Source: Eledone cirrhosa
Taxonomy: Eukaryota
Reading direction: 5' to 3'
Assembly (NCBI GenBank): GCA_964016885.1
Contig: OZ024745.1
Location: 82,522,001-82,586,000, forward strand
DNA: 64,000 bases
Below the pieces are notes generated by a model. It searched no databases. It was given only the letters and a program-made list of their open reading frames with translations, and had not been told where the DNA came from. Shown here one piece after another: positions 52,501 through 64,000 of the stretch. Made by a program: the position numbers and the translations under genes. How positions within the stretch are numbered: the stretch's first letter is position 1; the number at the start of each line of letters is the position of its first letter.

Positions 52501-55500
52501 TACCACCATTACAGTGGACAATGTAGTCTTACATAACCCCTTTAGCACCATTAAAGTGGACAATGTAGCCTTACATAACCTCCTTACCACCATTACAGTG
52601 GGTAATGTAGTCTTACATAACCCCTTTACCACCATTTCAGTGGGTAATGTAGCGTTGCATAACCCCTTTACCACCATTACAGTGGACAATGTAGTCTTAC
52701 ATAACCCCTTTACAACCATTACAGTTGACAATGTGGTCTTACATAACCCCTTTACCACCATTACAGTTGACAATGTAATCTTACATAACCCCTTTACCAC
52801 CATTACAGTGGACAGTGTAGCCTTACATAACACCTTTACCACCATTACAGTGGACAGTGTAGCCTTACATAACCCCTCTACAACCATTACAGTGGGTAAT
52901 GTAGTCTTACATAACCCCTTTACCACCATTACAGTGGACAATGTAGCCTTACATAACCCCTTTACCACAATTACAGTGGGTAATGTAGTCTTACATAACC
53001 CCTTTACCAGCATTACAGAGGAAAATGTAATCTTACATAACCCCTTTATCACGATTACAGTGGACAATGTAGTCTTACATAACCCCTTTACCACCATTAC
53101 AGTGGACAATGTAGTCTTACATAACCCCTTTACCACCATTACAGTGGACAATGTAGCCTTACATAACCTCCTTACCACCATTACAGTGGGTAATGTAGTT
53201 TTACATAACCCCTTTACCACCATTTCAGTGGGTAATGTAGCGTTACATAACCCCTTTACCACCATTACAGTGGACAATGTAGTCTTACATAACCTGTTTA
53301 CCACCATTACAGTAGACAATGTAGTCTTACATAACCCCTTTAGCACCATTACAGTGGACAATGTAGTCTTACATAACCCCTTTTACCACCATTACAGTGG
53401 ACAATGTAGTCTTACATAACCCCTTTACCACCATTACACTGGACAATGTAGTCTTACATAACCCCTTTATCACCATTACAGTGGACAATGTAGCCTTACA
53501 TAACCCCTTTACCATCATTACAGTGGGTAATGTAGTCTTACATAACCCCTTTATCACCATTACAGTGGACAATGTAGTCTTACATAACCCCTCTACCACC
53601 ATTACAGTGGGTAATGTAGTCTTACATAACCCCTTTACTACCATTACAGTGGAAAATGTAATCTTACATAACCCCTTCATCACGATTACAGTGGACAATG
53701 TAGCCTTATATAACCCCTTTACCACTATTACAGTGGACAATGTAGTCTTACATAACCCCTTTACCACCATTACAGTGGACAGTGTAGTCTTACATAACCC
53801 CTTTACCACCATTACAGTGGACAATGTAGTCTTACATATCCTCTTTACCACCATTGCAGTAGACAATGTAGTCTTACATAACCCCTTTATCACCATTACA
53901 GTGGACAGTGTAGTCTTACATAACCCCTTTTACCACCATTACAGTGGACAATGTAGTCTTATATAACCCCTTTACCACCATTACAGTGGACAATGTAGTC
54001 TTACATAACCCCTCTATCACCATTACAGTGGACAATGTAGCCTTACATAACCCATTTACCACCATTACAGTTGACAATGTAGTCTTACATAACCCCTTTA
54101 CCACCATTACAGTGGACAATGTAGTCTTACATAACCCCTTTACCACCATTAGAGTGGACAATGTAGTCTTACATAACCCCTTTACCACCATTACAGTGGA
54201 CAATTTTGTCTTACATAAACCCTTTACCACCATTACAGTGGACAGTGTAGCCTTACATAACCCCTTTCCACCATTACAGTGGACAATGTAGTCTTAATTA
54301 ACCACTTTATCACCATTACAGTGGACAATGTAGTCTTACATAACTCCTTTACCACCATTACAGTGGACAATGTAGTCTTACATAACCCCTTTACCACCAT
54401 TACAGTGGACAATGTAGTCTTACATAACCCCTTTACCACCATTACAGTGGACAATGTAGTCTTACATAACCCCTTTACCACCATTACAGTGGACAATGTA
54501 GTCTTACATAACCCCTTTACCACCAATACAGTGGACAATTTTGTCTTACATAACCCTTTTACCACCATTACAGTGGACAGTGTAGCCTTACATAACCCCT
54601 TTACCACCATTACAGTGGACAGTGTAGCCTTACATAACCCCTTTACCACCATTACAGTGGACAATGTAGTCTTACATAACCCCTTTACCACCATTACAGT
54701 GGACAATGTAGTCTTACATAACCCCTTTACCACCATTACAGTGGACAATGTAGTCTTACATAACCCCTTTACCACCATTACAGTGGACAATGTAGTCTTA
54801 CATAACCCCTTTATCGCCATTACGGTGGACAATGTAGTCTTACATAACCCCTTTACCACCATTACAGTAGACAATGTAGTCTTGCATAACCCCTTTACCA
54901 CCATTACAGTGGACAATGTAGTCTTACATAACCCCTTTACAACCATTACAGTTGACAATGTGGTCTTACATAACCCCTTTACCACCATTACAATGGACAA
55001 TGTAGTCTAAAATAACCCCTTTATCACCATTACAGTGGACAATGTAGCCTTACATAACCCCTTTACCACAATTACAGTGGGTAATGTAGTCTTACATAAC
55101 CCCTTTACCAGCATTACAGAGGAAAATGTAATCTTACATAACCCCTTTATAACGATTACAGTGGACAATGTAGCCTTACATAACCCCTTTACCACTATTA
55201 CAGTGGACAATGTAGTCTTACATAACTCATTTACCACCATTACAGTGGACAATGTAGTCTTACATAACCTGTTTACCACCATTACAGTAGACAATGTAGT
55301 CTTACATAACCCCTTTAGCACCATTACAGTGGACAATGTAGTCTTACATAACCCTTTTTACCACCATTACAGTGGACAATGTAGTCTTACATAACCCCTT
55401 TACCACCATTACACTGGACAATGTAGTCTTACATAACCCCTTTATCACCATTACAGTGGATAATGTAGCCTTACATAACCCCTTTATCATAATTACAGTG

Positions 55501-58500
55501 AGTAATGTAGTCTTACATAACCCCTTTACTACCATTACAGTGGAAAATGTAATCTTACATAACCCCTTCATCACGATTATAGTGGACAACGTAGCCTTAC
55601 ATAACCCCTTTACCACCATTACAGTGGACAATGTAGCCTTACATAACCCCTTTACCACCATTACAGTGGACAATGTAGTCTTACATATCCTCTTTACCAC
55701 CATTACAGTGGACAGTGTAGTCTTACATAACCCCTTTTACCACCATTACAGTGGACAATGTAGTCTTACATAACCCCTTTACCACCATTACAGTGGACAA
55801 TGTAGTCTTATATAACCCCTTTATCGCCATTACGGTGGACAATGTAGTCTTACATAACCCCTTTACCACCATTACAGTAGACAATGTAGTCTTGCATAAC
55901 CCCTTTACCACCATTACAGTGGACAATGTAGTCTTACATAACCCCTTTACAACCATTACAGTTGACAATGTGGTCTTACATAACCCCTTTACCACCATTA
56001 CAATGGACAATGTAGTCTAAAATAACCCCTTTATCACCATTACAGTGGACAATGTAGCCTTACATAACCCCTTTACCACAATTACAGTGGGTAATGTAGT
56101 CTTACATAACCCCTTTACCAGCATTACAGAGGAAAATGTAATCTTACATAACCCCTTTATAACGATTACAGTGGACAATGTAGCCTTACATAACCCCTTT
56201 ACCACTATTACAGTGGACAATGTAGTCTTACATAACTCATTTACCACCATTAGAGTGGACAATGTAGTCTTACATAACCTGTTTACCACCATTACAGTAG
56301 ACAATGTAGTCTTACATAACCCCTTTAGCACCATTACAGTGGACAATGTAGTCTTACATAACCCTTTTTACCACCATTACAGTGGACAATGTAGTCTTAC
56401 ATAACCCCTTTACCACCATTACACTGGACAATGTATTCTTACATAACCCCTTTATCACCATTACAGTGGATAATGTAGCCTTACATAACCCCTTTATCAT
56501 AATTACAGTGAGTAATGTAGTCTTACATAACCCCTTTACTACCATTACAGTGGACAATGTGGTCTTACATAACTCCTTTACCACCATTACAGTGGACAGT
56601 GTAGTCTTACATAACCCCTTTACCACCATTACAGTGGACAATGTAGTCTTACATATCCTCTTTACCACCATTACAGTAGACAATGTAGTCTTACATAACC
56701 CCTTTATCACCATTACAGTGGACAGTGTAGTCTTACATAACCCCTTTTACCACCATTACAGTGGACAATGTAGTCTTATATAACCCCTTTACCACCATTA
56801 CAGTGGACAATGTAGTCTTACATAACCCCTTTATCACCATTACAGTGGACAATGTAGCCTTACATAACCCATTTCCACCATTACAGTTGACAATGTAGTC
56901 TTACATAACCCCTTTACCTCCATTACAGTGGACAATGTAGTCTTACATAACCCCTTTACCATCATTACAGTGGACAATGTAGTCTTACATAACCCCTTTA
57001 CCACCATTACAGTGGACAATTTTGTCTTACATAACCCCTTTACCACCATTACAGTGGACAGTGTAGCCTTACATAACCCCTTTTCCACCATTACAGTGGA
57101 CAATGTAGTCTTACATAACCACTTTATCACCATTACAGTGGACACTGTAGTCTTACATAACCCCTTTACCACCATTACAGTGGACAATGTAGCCTTACAT
57201 AACCCCTTTACCACCATTAGAGTTTACAATGTAGTCTTACATAACCCCTTTACCACCATTACAGTTGAAAACGTAATCTTACATAACCCCTTTACCACCA
57301 TTACAGTGGACAGTGTAACCTTACATAATCCCTTTATCACCATTAAAGTGGACAATGTAGTCTTACATAACCCCTTTACCACCATTACAGTGGACAATGT
57401 AGCCTTACATAACCCCTTTACCACCATTACAGTTGACAATGTAGTCTTACATAACCCCTTTACCACCATTACAGTGGAAAATGTAGCCTTACATAACCCC
57501 TTTACCACCATTACAGTTGACAATGTAGTCTTACATAACCCCTTTACCACCATTACAGTGGACAATGTAGTCTTACATAACCCCTTTACCACCATTACAG
57601 TGGACAATGTAGTCTTACATAACCCCTTTACCACCATTACAGTGGACAGTGTAGCCTTACATAACCCCTTTACCACCATTACAGTGGACAATGTAGCCTT
57701 ACATAACCCCTTTACCACCATTACAGTTGACAATGTAGTCTTACATAACCCCTTTACCACCATTACAGTGGACAATGTAGCCTTACATAACCCTTTTACC
57801 ACCATTACAGTGGGTTATGTAGTCTTACATAACCCCTTAACCGCCATTACAGTGGACAATGTAACCTTACATAACCCCTTTACCACCATTACAGTGGGTA
57901 ATGTAGTCTTACATAACCCCTTTACCACCATTACAGTAGACAATGTAGTCTTACATAACCTCTTTACCACCATTACAGTTGACAATGTAGTCTTGCATAA
58001 CCCCTTTACCACCATTACAGTGGACAATGTAGCCTTACATAAACCCTTTACAACCATTACAGTGGACAGTGTAGCCTTACATAACCCCTTTACCACCATT
58101 ACAGTGGACAATGTAGTCTTACATAACCCCTTTACCACCATTACAGTTGACAATGTAGTCTTACATAACACCTTTACCACCATTACAGTGGACAGTGTAG
58201 CCTTACATAACCCCTTTACCACCATTACAGTGGACAATGTAGTCTTACATAACCCCTTTACCACCATTACAGTGGACAATGTAGTCTTACATAACCCCTT
58301 TACCACCATTACAGTGGACAATGTAGCCTTACATAACCCCTTTACCACCGTTACAGTGGATAATGTAGTCTTACATAACCCCTTTACCTCCCTTACAGTG
58401 GACAATTTTGTCTTACATAACCCCTTTACCACCATTACAGTGGACAGTGTAGCCTTACATAACCCCTTTACCACCATTACAGTGGACAGTGTAGCCTTAC

Positions 58501-61500
58501 ATAACCCCTTTACCACCATTACAGTGGACAATGTAGTCTTACATAACCCCTTTACCACCATTACAGTGGACAATGTAGCCTTACATAACCCATTTACCAC
58601 CATTACAGTGGACAGTGTAGCCTTACATAACCCCTTTACCACCATTACAGTGGACAATGTAGTCTTACATAACCCCTTTACCACCATTACAGTTGACAAT
58701 GTAGTCTTACATAACCCCTTTACCACCATTACAGTTGACAATGTAATCTTGCATAACCCCTTTACCACCATTACAGTGGACAGTGTAGACTTACATAACC
58801 CCTTTACCACCATTACAGTGGACAGTGTAGCCTTACATAACCCCTCTACCACCATTACAGTGGGTAATGTAGTCTTACATAACCTCTTTACCACCATTAC
58901 AGTGGACAATGTAGTCTTACATAACCCCTCTACCACCATTACAGAGGACAATGTAGTCTTACATAACCCCTTTACCACCATTACAGTGGACAATGTAGTC
59001 TTACATAACCCCTTTACCACCATTACAGTGGACAATGTAGCCTTACATAACCCCTTTACAACCATTACAGTGGACAGTATAGCCTGACATAACCCCTTTA
59101 CCACCATTACAGTGGACAATGTAGTCTTACATAACCCCTTTACCACCATTACAGTTGACAATGTAGTCTTACATAACCCCTTTACCACCATTACAGTTGA
59201 CAATGTAATCTTACATAACCCCTTTACCACCATTACAGTGGACAGTGTAGCCTTACATAACCCCTTTACCACCATTACAGTGGACAGTGTAGCCTTACAT
59301 AACCCCACTACCACCATTACAGTGGGTAATGTAGTCTTACATAACCCCTTTACCACCATTACAGTGGACAATGTAGTCTTACATAATCCCTTTACCACCA
59401 TTACAGTGGACAATGTAGTCTTACATAACCCCTTTACCACCATTACAGTTGACAATGTAGTCTTACATAACCCCTTTACCACCATTACAGTGGACAATGT
59501 AGCCTTACATAACCCCTTTACCACCATTAAAGTGGACAGTGTAGCCTTACATAACCCCTTTACCACCATTACAGTGGACAGTATAGCCTTACATAACCCC
59601 TTTACCACCATTAAAGTGGACAATGTAGCCTTACATAACCCCTTTACAACCATTACAGTGGACAGTATAGCCTTACATAACCCCTTTACCACCATTACAG
59701 TGGACAATGTAGTCTTACATAACCCCTTTACCACCATTACAGTGGAGAATGTAGTCTTACATAACCCCTTTACCACCATTACAGTTGACAATGTAATCTT
59801 ACATAACCCCTTTACCACCATTACAGTGGACAGTGTAGCCTTACATAATCCCTTTACCACCATTAAAGTGGACAATGTAGTCTTACATAACCCCTCTACC
59901 ACCATTACAGTGGGTAATGTAGTCTTACATAACCCCTTTACCACCATTAAAGTGGACAATGTAGTCTTACATAACCCCTTAACCACCATTACAGTGGACA
60001 ATTTTGTCTTACATAACCCCTTTACCACCATTACAATGGACAGTGTAGCCTTACATAACCCCTTTACCACCACTACAGTGAACAATGTAGCCTTACATAA
60101 CCCCTTTACCACCATTACAGTTGACAATGTAGTCTTACATAACCCCTTTACCACCATTACAGTGGACAATGTAGCCATACGTAACCCCTTTACCACCATT
60201 ACAGTGGGTTATGGAGTCTTACATAACCCCTTAACCGCCATTACAGTGGACAATGTAACCTTACATAACCCCTTTACCACCATTACAGTAGACAATGTAG
60301 TCTTACATAACCCCTTTACCACCATTACAGTGGACAGTGTAGCCTTACATAACCCCTTTACCACCATTACAGTGGACAGTGTAGCCTTACATAACCCCTT
60401 TACCACCATTACAGTGGACAATGTAGTCTTATATAACCCCTTTACCACCATTACAGTGGACAATGTAGTCTTACATAACCCCTTTACCACCATTACAGTG
60501 GACAATGTAGTCTTACATAACCCCTTTACCACCATTACAGTTGACAATGTAGTCTTACATAACCCCTTTACCACCATTACAGTGGACAATTTTGTCTTAC
60601 ATAAGCCCTTTACAACCATTACAGTAGACAATGTAGCCTTACATAACCCCTTTACAACCATGACAGTGGACAGTGTAGCCTTACATAACCCCTTTACCAC
60701 CATTACAGTGGACAATGTAGTCTTACATAACCCCTTTACCACCATTACAGTGGACAATGTAGCCTTACATAACCCCTTTACCACCATTACAGTGGACAGT
60801 GTAGCCTTACATAACCCCTTTACCACCATTACAGTGGACACTGTAGTCTTACATAACCCCTTTACCACCATTACAGTGGACAATGTAGCCTTACATAACC
60901 CCTTTACCACCATTAGAGTTTACAATGTAGTCTTACATAACCCCTTTACCACCATTACAGTTGAAAACGTAATCTTACATAACCCCTTTACCACCATTAC
61001 AGTGGACAGTGTAACCTTACATAATCCCTTTATCACCATTAAAGTGGACAATGTAGTCTTACATAACCCCTTTACCACCATTACAGTGGACAATGTAGCC
61101 TTACATAACCCCTTTACCACCATTACAGTTGACAATGTAGTCTTACATAACCCCTTTACCACCATTACAGTGGAAAATGTAGCCTTACATAACCCCTTTA
61201 CCACCATTACAGTTGACAATGTAGTCTTACATAACCCCTTTACCACCATTACAGTGGACAATGTAGTCTTACATAACCCCTTTACCACCATTACAGTGGA
61301 CAATGTAGTCTTACATAACCCCTTTACCACCATTACAGTGGACAGTGTAGCCTTACATAACCCCTTTACCACCATTACAGTGGACAATGTAGCCTTACAT
61401 AACCCCTTTACCACCATTACAGTTGACAATGTAGTCTTACATAACCCCTTTACCACCATTACAGTGGACAATGTAGCCTTACATAACCCTTTTACCACCA

Positions 61501-64000
61501 TTACAGTGGGTTATGTAGTCTTACATAACCCCTTAACCGCCATTACAGTGGACAATGTAACCTTACATAACCCCTTTACCACCATTACAGTGGGTAATGT
61601 AGTCTTACATAACCCCTTTACCACCATTACAGTAGACAATGTAGTCTTACATAACCTCTTTACCACCATTACAGTTGACAATGTAGTCTTGCATAACCCC
61701 TTTACCACCATTACAGTGGACAATGTAGCCTTACATAAACCCTTTACAACCATTACAGTGGACAGTGTAGCCTTACATAACCCCTTTACCACCATTACAG
61801 TGGACAATGTAGTCTTACATAACCCCTTTACCACCATTACAGTTGACAATGTAGTCTTACATAACACCTTTACCACCATTACAGTGGACAGTGTAGCCTT
61901 ACATAACCCCTTTACCACCATTACAGTGGACAGTGTAGCCTTACATAACCCCTCTACCACCATTACAGTGGGTAATGTAGTCTTACATAACCTCTTTACC
62001 ACCATTACAGTGGACAATGTAGTCTTACATAACCCCTCTACCACCATTACAGAGGACAATGTAGTCTTACATAACCCCTTTACCACCATTACAGTGGACA
62101 ATGTAGTCTTACATAACCCCTTTACCACCATTACAGTGGACAATGTAGCCTTACATAACCCCTTTACAACCATTACAGTGGACAGTATAGCCTGACATAA
62201 CCCCTTTACCACCATTACAGTGGACAATGTAGTCTTACATAACCCCTTTACCACCATTACAGTTGACAATGTAGTCTTACATAACCCCTTTACCACCATT
62301 ACAGTTGACAATGTAATCTTACATAACCCCTTTACCACCATTACGGTGGACAGTGTAGCCTTACATAACCCCTTTACCACCATTACAGTGGACAGTGTAG
62401 CCTTACATAACCCCACTACCACCATTACAGTGGGTAATGTAGTCTTACATAACCCCTTTACCACCATTACAGTGGACAATGTAGTCTTACATAATCCCTT
62501 TACCACCATTACAGTGGACAATGTAGTCTTACATAACCCCTTTACCACCATTACAGTTGACAATGTAGTCTTACATAACCCCTTTACCACCATTACAGTG
62601 GACAATGTAGCCTTACATAACCCCTTTACCACCATTAAAGTGGACAGTGTAGCCTTACATAACCCCTTTACCACCATTACAGTGGACAGTATAGCCTTAC
62701 ATAACCCCTTTACCACCATTAAAGTGGACAATGTAGCCTTACATAACCCCTTTACAACCATTACAGTGGACAGTATAGCCTTACATAACCCCTTTACCAC
62801 CATTACAGTGGACAATGTAGTCTTACATAACCCCTTTACCACCATTACAGTGGAGAATGTAGTCTTACATAACCCCTTTACCACCATTACAGTTGACAAT
62901 GTAATCTTACATAACCCCTTTACCACCATTACAGTGGACAGTGTAGCCTTACATAATCCCTTTACCACCATTAAAGTGGACAATGTAGTCTTACATAACC
63001 CCTCTACCACCATTACAGTGGGTAATGTAGTCTTACATAACCCCTTTACCACCATTAAAGTGGACAATGTAGTCTTACATAACCCCTTAACCACCATTAC
63101 AGTGGACAATTTTGTCTTACATAACCCCTTTACCACCATTACAATGGACAGTGTAGCCTTACATAACCCCTTTACCACCACTACAGTGAACAATGTAGCC
63201 TTACATAACCCCTTTACCACCATTACAGTGGACAATGTAGTCTTACATAACCCCTTTACCACCATTACAGTGGACAATGTAGCCATACGTAACCCCTTTA
63301 CCACCATTACAGTGGGTTATGGAGTCTTACATAACCCCTTAACCGCCATTACAGTGGACAATGTAACCTTACATAACCCCTTTACCACCATTACAGTAGA
63401 CAATGTAGTCTTACATAACCCCTTTACCACCATTACAGTGGACAGTGTAGCCTTACATAACCCCTTTACCACCATTACAGTGGACAGTGTAGCCTTACAT
63501 AACCCCTTTACCACCATTACAGTGGACAATGTAGTCTTATATAACCCCTTTACCACCATTACAGTGGACAATGTAGTCTTACATAACCCCTTTACCACCA
63601 TTACAGTGGACAATGTAGTCTTACATAACCCCTTTACCACCATTACAGTTGACAATGTAGTCTTACATAACCCCTTTACCACCATTACAGTGGACAGTGT
63701 AGCCTTTAATAACCCATTTACCAGCATTACAGTGGACAATGTAGTCTTACATAACCCCTTTACCACCATTACAGTGGACAATTTTGTCTTACATAAGCCC
63801 TTTACAACCATTACAGAAGACAATGTAGCCTTACATAACCCCTTTACAACCATGACAGTGGACAGTGTAGCCTTACATAACCCCTTTACCACCATTACAG
63901 TGGACAATGTAGTCTTACATAACCCCTTTACCACCATTACAGTGGACAATGTAGCCTTACATAACCCCTTTACCACCATTACAGTGGACAGTGTAGCCTT
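25574..64000. repeat. 42-bp tandem satellite array (~915 units, continues past the window end); consensus ACAGTGGACAATGTAGTCTTACATAACCCCTTTACCACCATT
   Basis: Continuous head-to-tail units with point variants and occasional 1-nt indels. No TE interruptions seen in 38 kb. Confidence 0.98.

Noticed and set aside
25382-63979. Dozens of long ORFs (VDNVVLHNPFTTIT and TVMVVKGLCKTTLS repeats) as protein-coding genes
   Set aside because: They arise from a 42-bp unit that is a multiple of 3. They are broken by many frameshifts and stops on both strands and have no unique N- or C-terminal domain or visible gene structure.
25574-64000. CRISPR array
   Set aside because: The units are contiguous with no unique spacers, there are no cas genes, and the context is eukaryotic.

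Overview
Gene-free, repeat-dense animal genomic DNA. The SINE and microsatellite content suggests a cephalopod/mollusc such as octopus, but that is an inference. The first ~25.5 kb is a stack of retroelements: an intact R4/Dong-clade RLE non-LTR retrotransposon (ORF 25-3675) ending in (TAA)8, a truncated sister copy right behind it, a second decayed Dong family (~14.9-18.5 kb), two head-to-tail L1/Tx1-like elements on the minus strand separated by (AAT)10, an RTE-like RT fragment and tRNA-derived SINEs. From ~25,574 to the window end is a 42-bp satellite (~915 units) with nested block duplications; its long ORFs on both strands are artefacts of the repeat. The most notable result is not visible in the ORF track. 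Three sequence-unrelated non-coding inserts (5508-6763, 22141-22360, 23702-24627) each sit inside a (TA)n tract, begin with an inverted copy of their own internal sequence and carry a type I hammerhead ribozyme motif. One is a 538-bp tandem dimer (retrozyme/Penelope pLTR-like) and one has mirror-image hammerheads on both strands. I also found a covarying 3' stem-loop shared by the two Dong families, and a 3' tail shared by the SINEs and the Tx1-like LINE, including an ORF1-SINE tail chimera. All folds were paired by eye; no searches were run.
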